From: Candidatus Micrarchaeota archaeon | Lineage (GTDB): Archaea > Micrarchaeota > Micrarchaeia > Micrarchaeales > CABMGC01 | Direction: 5' to 3' | NCBI GenBank assembly: GCA_021792235.1 | Contig: JAJYVC010000002.1 | Span: forward strand, 1 to 62,545 | DNA: 62,545 nt | In this document: positions 37,968-47,321 of the stretch, piece by piece | How the letters are laid out: the number at the start of each line of letters is the position of its first letter | Position numbering within the stretch: the first letter of the stretch is position 1 | Program-made: the position numbers and the translations under genes | Notes under the pieces: generated by a model | Told to the model about the DNA's origin: nothing | Databases searched by the model: none | Seen by the model: only the letters and a program-made list of their open reading frames with translations

Positions 37968-38173
37968 GAGTTCTTGCTCACTGATTTTGCAAGCATTTTA
38001 TCCACAATCTTGGTCCTGTTAGTTATATAGTAGGTAAGGGCAGATATGATCACAGCAATTATACCGAGGTAAAGGAACCGGTATCCCAGCCCTTGCGCGC
38101 CTTCTAGATATCCAGTGTATATTGATAAGATACCTGTGACCAACCAGCCGGCTATCTGCAGCTTGTATCTCAT
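37946..38173 (-). CDS. small membrane protein (2 predicted TM helices)
   Basis: 75 aa: IAGWLVTGILSIYTGY and FLYLGIIAVIISALTYYI. The start abuts the Nudix stop. The 3' end overlaps the convergent DUF35 gene by 22 nt. Confidence 0.45.
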   Translation of the reverse strand: MRYKLQIAGWLVTGILSIYTGYLEGAQGLGYRFLYLGIIAVIISALTYYITNRTKIVDKMLAKSVSKNSQRGSNL

Positions 38174-38662
38174 CTACACAACTTTATCCTTGAATTTTAC
38201 AGTGTATTCTACGACCCTTTTATTGCGCTTGTCGTAATACATGTATATGTCGAATCGTCTTGCTTGAAGCATCAGGTCAATCCAATACTTGTCATCGTCC
38301 CACATGCGGTCGAATGGCAGATCCTTTATCCTGAACCATCTCACTGGACCTTCCTCAGTCGACTTTATCCTTCCCGAGAATTTCCTTGCAGAGAACAGGA
38401 AGCCTTCTATGGACAGCTCCTTCCTTCCGTTCATGAAGAAGTAGAGTTTGCCGTGGAAGAACGGGTTGAGCATTCTTATCCCCGTTTCCTCCAGTGTCTC
38501 CCTTATGGCGCACTGTTCTGGAGTCTCCCCCTTTTCGAACTTGCCGCCAGGCCCGTTCCACTTTCCCTTGCTTACGCCACGTGTAGCCTCCTTGAGCAGC
38601 AGCTTGTTTCCGTTTATTATGTGGCATAGAGTAGCGCGCAGTACCAAGACATCATCCTTCAA
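38174..38662 (-). CDS. NUDIX hydrolase
   Basis: Nudix box GPGGKFEKGETPEQCAIRETLEETGI. Confidence 0.85.
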   Translation of the reverse strand: MKDDVLVLRATLCHIINGNKLLLKEATRGVSKGKWNGPGGKFEKGETPEQCAIRETLEETGIRMLNPFFHGKLYFFMNGRKELSIEGFLFSARKFSGRIKSTEEGPVRWFRIKDLPFDRMWDDDKYWIDLMLQARRFDIYMYYDKRNKRVVEYTVKFKDKVV

Positions 38663-39707
38663 TTAGATTGCAAAAGCCTTTTTCATCTGAAAAGTATTTA
38701 TTTGAGCATGCTTTCCTTATCCTGTTCATTATGGCGATGCCTATCCCTGATTCGTCGAAGCTCTCTATTATCCCGAACTTTGACTTCTTGCTGTCCAGAG
38801 CTATCAGGGCACTGAATAGGTTATGCGCAATCTCGTGGGGCCTTGACCTGTTGCCCAGATCCAGCACCCCTGCAGAGCAGCTTTTCATCGCAGCGCATGA
38901 TTCTTTCGAGCCTATGAACGTGAACTTCCCGCTGCTTCCCGATCTTTTTATTATAGATGGAAGCCTGCCGATATCTCCTATAAACAAGTATATCGGCTTT
39001 TCCGGTGAATAGTGCCGGTATTTCATGCCTGGACTCGGTGGTCTTGATACGCCTTTTGATGCGAAGGCCATTTTTGGCCACCTGCCGAATGCCTCCCTCA
39101 CGTGCTCCGGAGTGTATGATCCGGGGCGAAGAATTGAAAGGTCGGAAAGCCTTAGTACTGTTGACTCTATGCCTATTTCTGTGCTGCCGGAATCTATTAT
39201 TGCATCCACCTTTCCCATGAAATACCTCTTCGCATTTGTAGCGTCTGTTGATGATGGCCTTTTGGAGATGTTGGCACTTGGAGCGGCTATCGGAACACCG
39301 CTGCGTTTTATGAGCTCAAGGGCTATACTGTTGTCAGGCATCCTCATTGCAACGGTCCTTAAACCACCCGTAACCGTCTTAGGCACAGATTCCTTGGCCT
39401 TTACCACTACTGTGAGAGGTCCGGGCCATTCGTGCGATAGTATGCGCGAATATCTTGCAGGTATGTCACCTACTGATTTTGCCATCTTCATGCTTGACAC
39501 ATGGACTATGAGCGGATTGTCTGGTGCCCTTCCTTTTATCCTGTATATCTTCCTGCATGCATCTTCATTGAATGCGCTTGCGCCTATTCCGTAGACCGTC
39601 TCGGTGGGAAAGACAACGATGCCGCCACTGCGTATGATGTCTGCAGCGGATCTTATACTCCTTGTCTTTGTGCGGCTAGCGGACCTTAGATTAAGTACCA
39701 TGGTCAT
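38652..39707 (-). CDS. sua5: L-threonylcarbamoyladenylate synthase, Sua5 type (YrdC + Sua5 domains)
   Basis: GGIVVFPTETVYGIGA, IKGRAPDNPLIVHV, SANISKRPS. 351 aa, including the C-terminal Sua5 domain. Confidence 0.9.
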   Translation of the reverse strand: MTMVLNLRSASRTKTRSIRSAADIIRSGGIVVFPTETVYGIGASAFNEDACRKIYRIKGRAPDNPLIVHVSSMKMAKSVGDIPARYSRILSHEWPGPLTVVVKAKESVPKTVTGGLRTVAMRMPDNSIALELIKRSGVPIAAPSANISKRPSSTDATNAKRYFMGKVDAIIDSGSTEIGIESTVLRLSDLSILRPGSYTPEHVREAFGRWPKMAFASKGVSRPPSPGMKYRHYSPEKPIYLFIGDIGRLPSIIKRSGSSGKFTFIGSKESCAAMKSCSAGVLDLGNRSRPHEIAHNLFSALIALDSKKSKFGIIESFDESGIGIAIMNRIRKACSNKYFSDEKGFCNLIEG

Positions 39708-39727
39708 TGTTACATCTTCTGGGATTT

Positions 39728-40468
39728 TTACTTGAATATAGAGTCGCTTATGCTGCTAGCGGCTATATCGGCAGGGTTGATTATCGTTGCCTTGCCTGAT
39801 GCGATGTTCCTGAGGTGGTGCTCGGCATCCTTGCTTGGCGCAACTACTACTATCTTTGCAGATCCTGCGAGCTCCTTTGCCACAAGGAGGGAGTATATTG
39901 CCCTTGAGCTGTCCTTGACATCTATAATTATGGCTTTGGCTTTGTTAGGAGCGAATTCAGCCAGTTCGATATCAGAAGTTGCATCGGCAATGTATGCTTT
40001 GTACCCAAGCTTCTTCATGTGCTCCGCCGTTTCCTGCTCTGAAGTTATGATTATGAACCTTTCCTTCCTTTCGTAGAGCTTCTCGGCAAGATACGTGTTT
40101 GTAGCGCCTGAGCCTATCAGGATTACGTGCTTGCTTAGGCCCCTCTTCTCGAAACTGCTGACTCTCCCTGTAAATATTTGTATTCTATCGTTCATAAACT
40201 CACTAGATATGGCAACTATTATGCTGAAGAATATTCCTATTCCTATTATTATAAGGGTCATTGTGAAGATCTTTGCTGAATCTGACACAGGATATATGTT
40301 CCCATAGCCTACGGTGGATATAGTAACTATGGTAAAGAACGCAGCATCTAGGAGGGATATGCTTGTATTAAAGCCTCCCCTCTGGCCAAGTGTGTACGTG
40401 CCTGCCACACCGAAAGCCAGCAGTAGTATTATTACAAATATGTAGATGATTATTTCAGTGCGTTTCAT
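39728..40468 (-). CDS. potassium channel (2-TM pore) with a cytoplasmic RCK/TrkA-N domain
   Basis: Selectivity filter TISTVGYGNIYP. Rossmann-type motif HVILIGSGATN. Confidence 0.85.
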   Translation of the reverse strand: MKRTEIIIYIFVIILLLAFGVAGTYTLGQRGGFNTSISLLDAAFFTIVTISTVGYGNIYPVSDSAKIFTMTLIIIGIGIFFSIIVAISSEFMNDRIQIFTGRVSSFEKRGLSKHVILIGSGATNTYLAEKLYERKERFIIITSEQETAEHMKKLGYKAYIADATSDIELAEFAPNKAKAIIIDVKDSSRAIYSLLVAKELAGSAKIVVVAPSKDAEHHLRNIASGKATIINPADIAASSISDSIFK

Positions 40469-40524
40469 TTTCCAGACCTATAATCTATGCAACGTTCATG
40501 AATTTATATTTGCGTATATGTGGC

Positions 40525-41433
40525 TCATACGCCATGTTTTCTGAGGCGCTCGCGCTTTTCCATGATGCTGGACCAGAAGCTTGTTGTGCGCCTTGTAAAC
40601 CCAGTTAGCCTTGACGCGATAGGCCTTATGCTCCTGTCTTCAGCTTCATCTATCTCTTCTATCTCGGTCTTGCTGAGCTTGAGTTCAACCGCCTGGACAT
40701 TCTCGCGTACGTGCGCTATGCTGGCGGCCTTGGGTATGGGCACCACGTCTTCCTTAGATATCAGCCAGCTTATTGCCACCTGGAATGGGCTCTTCCCATG
40801 ATGCACACCTATCCTGTAAAGCACAGGAAATGTGCGGGTCTGCTTTAGCTTGCTAAGCTCGCCCTTTCCTAGAGGGCTGTATGCTATCATTGTGATTTTC
40901 TCTTCCCTGCAGAAATCGCCCAGATGATCCACTATCTCCCTCACAAAAGGGCTGTACTCTACCTGATTGGAGACTATCTCCTCGGATTTCAAGGCGTCCT
41001 GCGCCTCGATCATTTCCTCTACTGAGAAGTTGCTCACGCCTATGTGCCTTATCTTGCCCAGCTTGGCAAGGTGCTCCATCGCCCTCATAGTCTCCTTTAT
41101 GGGTATGTTGGGATTGGGCCAGTGGAGCTGGTAGAGGTCGATTGCCTTTATGCCGAGCTCCTTGAGGCTTCTGTTGCACGCCTTTATAACGTCATCGTAC
41201 GCGAAATGATCAGGAGAGACTTTCGTCGCTATGAACACGTCCTCTCCCTTTATCGCCATGCCAACGGCGCCTTCGCTGTGGTACATCTTCGCAGTGTCTA
41301 TGAAGTTAATGCCTAGGCTAATGCCCTCCCTAAGCGCAGCGATCTCGGCATCGGGATTGTAGCCAAGCTTCCAAGTGCCCATGCCTACGCAGGATATCCT
41401 CTCCCCGGTCTTTCCCAATTCTCTGTATTCCAT
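40525..41433 (-). CDS. aldo/keto reductase
   Basis: MEYRELGKTGERISCVGMGTWKLG, IDTAKMYH, YQLHWP, IGVSNFS. Confidence 0.9.
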   Translation of the reverse strand: MEYRELGKTGERISCVGMGTWKLGYNPDAEIAALREGISLGINFIDTAKMYHSEGAVGMAIKGEDVFIATKVSPDHFAYDDVIKACNRSLKELGIKAIDLYQLHWPNPNIPIKETMRAMEHLAKLGKIRHIGVSNFSVEEMIEAQDALKSEEIVSNQVEYSPFVREIVDHLGDFCREEKITMIAYSPLGKGELSKLKQTRTFPVLYRIGVHHGKSPFQVAISWLISKEDVVPIPKAASIAHVRENVQAVELKLSKTEIEEIDEAEDRSIRPIASRLTGFTRRTTSFWSSIMEKRERLRKHGV

Positions 41434-41474
41434 GCTCCATTTTATGCTTTCAATATTTTATATGTTGCTGCGCA

Positions 41475-42209
41475 TTGAATAGTGTGGATCTGGTAAACGA
41501 TTTTGAGACTGAATACTTTGATTCCAAGTACGGCAGATTGCATTATGTGCACCATAAAGGCAATGGACCTACTATAATTTTCGTGCATGGTTTTGCAGGC
41601 AGCATAAGGAGCTGGACAAGGCTCATGAAGTGCGTTCCTGAAAACCTTGACATTTACCTTTTAGACCTGCTAGGGCATGGAGAATCTGAGGCGCCTGACG
41701 CGGAGTATTCATTTGGCATGCATTACGAGACAGTGGTCGGATTTGTGGCAGGGCTTGGGCTTAAGGATTATTACATGTTCGGCCATTCGTATGGCGGTTG
41801 GATTGCAGCGAGATACGCGATGGAAGAGACGCTTGCCGGGATAATACTTGAGGATGCTGCAGGACTGAAGGAATTTGCAGAAGAAAGATACGCCAGAAAT
41901 CCCGATTACAGAGAGGATATGATTAGGAAGGCCGCGCAGATAAATCCGCATGAGACCGTGCTGAGGAGGATGCTTGAAGCCGACAACGAGGATTTTTATC
42001 TCACGCCTAGCGGACTTGCCAGGATAGATTCTAGAACACTGATAATATGGGGCGGCAACGACACTACAGTTGATATAAAATATTCAAGGATATTCAGGAA
42101 GGCCATACCTAATAGCAGACTAGTTGTACTGGAGCCTGAGAGGCATACGCCGCATTACAGCAATCCGGAAGCGGTCTCGAAGCTACTGATGGACTTTGTA
42201 ATGGGTTGA
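41475..42209 (+). CDS. alpha/beta-fold hydrolase
   Basis: HG oxyanion motif (IIFVHGFAGS), nucleophile elbow GHSYGG, C-terminal His (ERHTPH). TTG start. Confidence 0.8.
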   Translation: MNSVDLVNDFETEYFDSKYGRLHYVHHKGNGPTIIFVHGFAGSIRSWTRLMKCVPENLDIYLLDLLGHGESEAPDAEYSFGMHYETVVGFVAGLGLKDYYMFGHSYGGWIAARYAMEETLAGIILEDAAGLKEFAEERYARNPDYREDMIRKAAQINPHETVLRRMLEADNEDFYLTPSGLARIDSRTLIIWGGNDTTVDIKYSRIFRKAIPNSRLVVLEPERHTPHYSNPEAVSKLLMDFVMG

Positions 42210-42866
42210 TCACTGCTTTATGGCGCTTATGCAGGCGAACGCATAGGTACCGCTGGTATGGTAGTATCTGCTTGCTGCTGCCTCCTCCCTCTCAACCTGC
42301 CGTATGTTCTTTGAATCAGACACCATATAGTATTCTGTCTTCTTCACATCAAAGGTGCTCATGAGGACATCGAGAGCCTTGTCATCATAGACCTTCACAA
42401 ACGGCTTGCCAGAGACCGTTATGAGGTCGGATATGCCATACTTGCACGTGAATATCAGCTGCCCCCCCTTGTTGATAAGCTCCTTTATCTTGGTCATCGC
42501 CTTGACGTCGCTATGCTTGTCCAGATACTCTGAGCGGTTGTAGTGCCTTAATCCGAAATGTCCCAGAGAATCCATTGCGATTATTATGTCGAATTTCTCC
42601 TTGCCGAAATCATGCGAATTGAAGTCGCCCTTTATGAACTTCATGTTTGCATGCTGCATGCCGTAGTCATTATAATCTATGCCGGTAACGTTGTAGCGCA
42701 TCATTGCTAGCTGCAGTGAAACAGGACTACCAGTGCAGCCAACATCGAGAACCTTCGCAGGATCCCTGATGTTCCTGAACAGGAAGGGTATTTCGACGAT
42801 GTGCTCGTCTACCTTTCCACCCCTTATCCCGAAATTCAGCACTTCGTTGTTTTTTCCGAATAGCAT
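42210..42866 (-). CDS. class I SAM-dependent methyltransferase
   Basis: Motif I: VLDVGCTGSPVS. An acidic residue follows beta-2 (GIDYN). 218 aa. Confidence 0.65.
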   Translation of the reverse strand: MLFGKNNEVLNFGIRGGKVDEHIVEIPFLFRNIRDPAKVLDVGCTGSPVSLQLAMMRYNVTGIDYNDYGMQHANMKFIKGDFNSHDFGKEKFDIIIAMDSLGHFGLRHYNRSEYLDKHSDVKAMTKIKELINKGGQLIFTCKYGISDLITVSGKPFVKVYDDKALDVLMSTFDVKKTEYYMVSDSKNIRQVEREEAAASRYYHTSGTYAFACISAIKQ

Positions 42867-43122
42867 TGCCGTACCCTGATCGAGTTCGTGTTTTCCAGGA
42901 ACTTGCTTAGCAAGGAGACTTTTGGAACTACTGATTTATTAGCTTTTTTATAACTGGGTTATATCAAAGTCTATATCCGCGCCATCTGGCCAGATATTGC
43001 CCTGATCACTTGATAGTACGCGGTGTTTACCAAGCTCGCGTCGTGAGCTCCGGAAACAACAAAGGTTATCTGGAGCATGCAAAATAAGATCGTGATTGCA
43101 ATCATCAAACCATAAAATGACA

Positions 43123-43431
43123 TCAGGACACACCTACACAGATAATGCTGTTTACAGCATTTTCGCAGTGCACGTACGAGAAATTGGATTCTTCCGAACT
43201 ACGGACAATGCTCAGTCTGCTAATTCCATACACCTTCCTATAGTAAAGGGAATAATTGTCAATGCATTGGACATTATTGCTCAATGCGCATTCCTGCGTT
43301 GACTTGTTGTAGAGTATCTGCATCAGGAAATCATATGCGGCTGCCTTTGATGCGAGAGCTGACCTTTCTGTAAGCAGTGACTGTTGGGACGTATTCATTA
43401 TGCTGCCGCTTAGTGAGACTGCGGATAGCAC
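43123..43431 (-). CDS. pilin-like protein, last gene of the pilus operon (start uncertain)
   Basis: The ORF from GTG 43431 starts inside a hydrophobic helix. In-frame codons up to 43479 encode LKVQFATIEAIASLLIV, which resembles the Q-x(3-4)-E pilin N-termini of the upstream genes, but they contain no ATG/GTG/TTG. Confidence 0.45.
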   Translation of the reverse strand: MLSAVSLSGSIMNTSQQSLLTERSALASKAAAYDFLMQILYNKSTQECALSNNVQCIDNYSLYYRKVYGISRLSIVRSSEESNFSYVHCENAVNSIICVGVS

Positions 43432-43475
43432 TATAAGCAGCGATGCAATCGCCTCTATGGTTGCGAATTGAACTT

Positions 43476-44729
43476 TCAGCTAAACACCCTTATGACAGAA
43501 CCAGCATATGAAAGCGTTTGGTTGCCATAGGAATATTGCTGGATCAATGTGGCATTTATTAGGTAATAGAAAGGATATTCTGCTGGGCACGATATTGAAC
43601 TGCCTTCCTTTTTGCATACAGATAAAGTGTTGTTATCTGTGGCCGAAACAAGCTGGCCTTCGTAATAATTGTATTCTGATACGTCTTGCTGGATCTCTGA
43701 AGAGATGCCAGGAGACACCCAGCTCGAATTGTACTGTTCGAGCAGCCGGAAAAGATTGCTCCTGGCTTGCTCGTATTCGCTTGCATAAGTGTAGTTTATC
43801 AAGTACATGTTTTCTCCATGTATTAGCAGGGCCGCAGGGCTTGTCTGAGACGAGGTTACATTTTCTACAGAAGTGTTGCCAACTAAGATGCCCGAGTAAT
43901 ACATAGGGCTGCTTTTATTTGCGCTTGAAATTCTTGAATTGAATGCGTGCGCGCCGACTATGGTTATATTTGCGGAGTATTCATAGCTGCTCTGATACGG
44001 ATTGAGGATACTTGCATTATATCCTGTGCCCTGCGGATTTACACATATGGTCTCTGTCTGCACCCCGCCATATGAGCAATATGTCAATGACACGCGATAT
44101 TGCCATGCGTCATATGACCCGCATTGCGCGTTTATTGGATAGGGATTGTAAAAGAAGTCTTCAAATGTGCAGTGGCTAGAAACATACAGATAGGGAACTT
44201 CCTGTTCCTGTGAATTATATATTGTGCTTTCATTCCTTTTTGTTATATACGCCGCATAAGAACCCGTGCCCGGATATTTTGGCGCCTCTGTACTTAGATA
44301 CTCTGATCCGTTGTATATAGATCCATTGCATGCTATGCTGTATTTCAAGCGGGCCTTGTTAAGCCCACCAGATGTTGTGAAATTGTCCAGATATGTCCAC
44401 ACATTGTAGAAATTTTCAGTTATATTATATGTGGAGAAGGTGATGCTTGATGAATTCAAGGATATAGATATTGTGCCATTGCTACACCCGTATGCTGCAA
44501 CGTATAGGGTATTCTGATAGTCTTGCGTTGAAACGGGCGGCATCGATGCTTCCAGATAAGGCTTTTGGTGATAGGTGGGGTTTGGACCCGTAGTATAATT
44601 AGCAAAATAGCTTTCTGGAAGGGTACTATAATGCTTTATCTCGGTGCCGTACTGTGTTATTGAAAATAGCACTAATAAGCTTATTGCTCCGGCTATTATA
44701 AGGAATTCCAGACTAGTTTGTTGTCTCAT
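43476..44729 (-). CDS. large pilin-like protein (class III signal peptide), Asn/Cys/Tyr-rich; candidate tip/adhesin subunit
   Basis: MRQQTSLEFLIIAGAISLLVLF N-terminus. 417 aa with many NxS/T sequons and about 10 Cys. 4-nt overlap with the upstream gene. Confidence 0.65.
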   Translation of the reverse strand: MRQQTSLEFLIIAGAISLLVLFSITQYGTEIKHYSTLPESYFANYTTGPNPTYHQKPYLEASMPPVSTQDYQNTLYVAAYGCSNGTISISLNSSSITFSTYNITENFYNVWTYLDNFTTSGGLNKARLKYSIACNGSIYNGSEYLSTEAPKYPGTGSYAAYITKRNESTIYNSQEQEVPYLYVSSHCTFEDFFYNPYPINAQCGSYDAWQYRVSLTYCSYGGVQTETICVNPQGTGYNASILNPYQSSYEYSANITIVGAHAFNSRISSANKSSPMYYSGILVGNTSVENVTSSQTSPAALLIHGENMYLINYTYASEYEQARSNLFRLLEQYNSSWVSPGISSEIQQDVSEYNYYEGQLVSATDNNTLSVCKKEGSSISCPAEYPFYYLINATLIQQYSYGNQTLSYAGSVIRVFS

Positions 44730-45064
44730 TTTATCACCAATATTCTTGTGGCGCCCCCTATCTGGACTACCCTGCAGAAAAATTTGCTGCAGTATGAATA
44801 GTTTGATGGATAGAGTATACTTGCAGATATGTTGTAGTATCTGCTTAGCCCGTATACCGTGCCTTCATCTGCACTGTAGTTTGCAGTGCCGCCATTAATG
44901 ACTGCTAACATCTGCTGCGATATGCTGTAATACTTTAACTGATTGTATGTTGAGTTTGCATAGGAATAGTAGTAACTCTGGGAGATTGCCAGGCTGTGCG
45001 AAATCAGGGCTATTGACAGTATTGCTATTGGTATGGCCGCTGCCATGTCTGCAGATATTATCAT
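44726..45064 (-). CDS. membrane-anchored protein of the pilus operon (possible minor pilin)
   Basis: The N-terminal hydrophobic segment AAAIPIAILSIALI lacks the Q...E motif. Tyr/Ser/Asn-rich. Tightly packed in the operon. Confidence 0.45.
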   Translation of the reverse strand: MIISADMAAAIPIAILSIALISHSLAISQSYYYSYANSTYNQLKYYSISQQMLAVINGGTANYSADEGTVYGLSRYYNISASILYPSNYSYCSKFFCRVVQIGGATRILVIK

Positions 45065-45068
45065 TTGA

Positions 45069-45260
45069 TCAGCCTGCGCATCTGCATGAATTTAATAGAG
45101 ATTCTGAGTAGTGTATCGATAGGTTTGCAAGACCATCAATTGACGCAGAGGTATGGAGCGATTCGGCATATGTGTGGGTATAGAGAGAATAGAACATTGC
45201 GGCGATTAGCAGCGCGATCGACATGCTTAGCAGTATCTCCAAGCTTAATTGTAGTATCAT
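45069..45260 (-). CDS. small pilin-like protein
   Basis: MILQLSLEILLSMSIALLIAAMF (Q-x3-E plus a hydrophobic helix). 63 aa. Confidence 0.5.
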   Translation of the reverse strand: MILQLSLEILLSMSIALLIAAMFYSLYTHTYAESLHTSASIDGLANLSIHYSESLLNSCRCAG

Positions 45261-45264
45261 CTTG

Positions 45265-45624
45265 TCACACTATGCTTACGTTTCCTGTTCCGTAGTATAT
45301 GCTGGCTCCGACCATTCCTGCTGAGCACAGGAGGCTGCCGTTTATCCTTACTGTTTCAGCAAGATAGAACGTCCAGTAGCCGATACTGAACGAACTTCCA
45401 TTTACTTTTATGCCACATATGCCGTGAGGCACCTGCAGATAGACATAATCATATCTGCCCAATACCGCAGTATTTATTGCGCTGGCGAAACTCGAGTAAC
45501 TATAGTAGTTTAGCGACTGGTTTACGCTGGCCCTGTACGATGATATCGCTGAAACAGAATAAATAAGGGAGATGCCTGCCACCGCTATGTAGGCGAGCAC
45601 CTCCAAAGACATCTGCGCCTTCAT
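45265..45624 (-). CDS. pilin-like protein (class III signal peptide)
   Basis: MKA|QMSLEVLAYIAVAGISLIY: a [KR]-A cleavage context with Glu at +5. Confidence 0.6.
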   Translation of the reverse strand: MKAQMSLEVLAYIAVAGISLIYSVSAISSYRASVNQSLNYYSYSSFASAINTAVLGRYDYVYLQVPHGICGIKVNGSSFSIGYWTFYLAETVRINGSLLCSAGMVGASIYYGTGNVSIV

Positions 45625-45627
45625 CGC

Positions 45628-45873
45628 TTATGCCCCTTTTGATAGGTTGGACAGCTGGCTGGATATGGCTTGGCTTATGCTGGAATTTGATCCGCCCGAG
45701 CTAACGCCGGTTACTACTGATCCTTTCAGCTTCACTATCATGGCCAAGGCTATAAGTATCACTATGCTGGCTGCCGAGAGCATCATTATGTACTCCAAGG
45801 AGCCTTGCGCCCTCCTCTTCCTTGCAAGCAATACAAATGCCTGCGCCTCTACTGGAACAATTGCTTCTATCAT
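45628..45873 (-). CDS. short Flp-like pilin (class III signal peptide)
   Basis: ...RKRRA|QGSLEYIMMLSAASIVILIALAMIV, then a ~30-aa Ser/Gly-rich tail. Alternative TTG start at 45831 would give MLARKRRAQ.... Confidence 0.6.
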   Translation of the reverse strand: MIEAIVPVEAQAFVLLARKRRAQGSLEYIMMLSAASIVILIALAMIVKLKGSVVTGVSSGGSNSSISQAISSQLSNLSKGA

Positions 45874-45882
45874 TTTTGCACC

Positions 45883-46626
45883 TCATATAGCATAGGATAT
45901 GAAAGACGATGATGCCTTGATTATTCCGGCGCCTATCACAGCTGCCTGAAAAGACATGAACAACGGATCCTTGTTTGCAGAGTTCTTGAAAGCATCCATT
46001 AGGTAGCTCATCACAGCCACATAAATTATGATAACTGCCTGGAATCCAATGACGACATTCTGGGCCTGCATTCCGTTTATCGAGGCTGAGCCACTTATTA
46101 TGCTAGAGGCTATGCCGCCGAACATTGGCACGAAAAAGGAGACGCCTACGCTGGAAAGGCCATCCATGTTAAGTGAATTAAGATCCGCTCTGTTTCCATT
46201 CTCTATGTCCGATTCCAGCCGGGATATGAACTGGTCAAGGTTATTGCGTATGTCTGCGCCGCCCTGAATGCCTGCCACTATTATCGCAGCAAGCTCAGAG
46301 ATATTGCTGTCGGCACAGTGCGTGTAGCTTCCCTGGGATAGTTCGCCAAGGGCAGACCTCTTGGCAAGTTCTTTGATATCTGTTGGTGCATTAGAATCAT
46401 TTATAGATCTGCAAAGCGCAGAATTCAGGTCTGATCTTTGTACATCGTATCTGAAGCTCCTTGCAAAGGCCAGAAGTTCATGCTTGCCTGCTTTTGCACT
46501 GGGCCTGCTGGAAAGGTTGTATGCAAGAGCCAGCAGCGCCGATGCTATGAGCATCCACCACCAGATGGATGATGCTGCGAGCATTGCAAGCATAAGCATA
46601 ACGTATGCAATTTTTGGTCTGTTCAA
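45883..46626 (-). CDS. type II secretion system F-domain membrane protein (TadC/FlaJ-half-like platform subunit)
   Basis: 247 aa. An N-terminal TM helix, a cytoplasmic helical domain and 2-3 C-terminal TM helices. 4-nt overlap with the upstream paralogous gene. Immediately downstream of the ATPase. Confidence 0.6.
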   Translation of the reverse strand: MNRPKIAYVMLMLAMLAASSIWWWMLIASALLALAYNLSSRPSAKAGKHELLAFARSFRYDVQRSDLNSALCRSINDSNAPTDIKELAKRSALGELSQGSYTHCADSNISELAAIIVAGIQGGADIRNNLDQFISRLESDIENGNRADLNSLNMDGLSSVGVSFFVPMFGGIASSIISGSASINGMQAQNVVIGFQAVIIIYVAVMSYLMDAFKNSANKDPLFMSFQAAVIGAGIIKASSSFISYAI

Positions 46627-47321
46627 TAAATCGGCCTTTTTGCTATGGATTTTATTATCGAATATGTTACCGGAACGGCTGATACAAGCAATATGGACAT
46701 GAATTCAGTGCTTGAATAGCTCTGCGATATGAGCATCCCACCAACGAAGGAGAATATCACAAATGAAGGAGCTAAGGTCGATACGAACATGCTTAATGTG
46801 GCGTACCTAGATGCAAGTGCATTGGACCTGTACGCTTCCGATCTTCTGTGCGACTGGTAGAGCCGTGGAGCCTCCCCTATACCGGATTCCGGATTCTTTA
46901 TGTATCTTCTCAATTTCTCCTGCAGTCCGCTGGATCCAGACGACGCATTGTACATCGCATCGTAAAAGCTCTCCCCGAGCTCTATCCGCATTGATGCAAG
47001 GCGGAGCATCTTGGACGTATACGGGTTTTTATCAGATTCTGATGCTTTTCTCAATGATCTTGAAAGGGAGATATTGGAAGACTCATAGTATAGAGCTTTC
47101 CCTAGGCCAGACATGACATCAGATATGTCACCATCTAGCTTCGACTTCTGCATATGCCTGGAATGTATTATTGCAATAACAGAGAAGGATGACGCAAAAA
47201 CAAGTGAATTTGCCAAAATAAGAGTAAAGTCGATAGTACCCTGGGCATATGATATGAGCACAGCTAGCGATATTGCACATGGCACAGCAAGGATTATTTT
47301 CATGCGTGTTTTACCATCCAT
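46623..47321 (-). CDS. type II secretion system F-domain membrane protein (TadB/FlaJ-half-like platform subunit)
   Basis: 232 aa with the same TM/cytoplasmic/TM layout as 45883-46626. Overlaps the ATPase stop by 11 nt. Confidence 0.6.
   Translation of the reverse strand: MDGKTRMKIILAVPCAISLAVLISYAQGTIDFTLILANSLVFASSFSVIAIIHSRHMQKSKLDGDISDVMSGLGKALYYESSNISLSRSLRKASESDKNPYTSKMLRLASMRIELGESFYDAMYNASSGSSGLQEKLRRYIKNPESGIGEAPRLYQSHRRSEAYRSNALASRYATLSMFVSTLAPSFVIFSFVGGMLISQSYSSTEFMSILLVSAVPVTYSIIKSIAKRPIY

Noticed and set aside
42948-43133. 61-aa minus-strand ORF directly after the last pilin-like gene (11-nt overlap), which might be a tenth gene of the pilus operon.
   Set aside because: It has no signal peptide, no TM helix and no recognisable motif, and its short length is within the random expectation. 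It is left unannotated pending comparative evidence.
43470-43482. Possible programmed -1 frameshift fusing the 417-aa pilin-like protein to the downstream pilin-like ORF.
   Set aside because: A class III signal peptide or pilin helix only functions at the N-terminus, so a fusion makes no biological sense. No slippery heptamer is evident. A non-canonical start or gene decay is more plausible.
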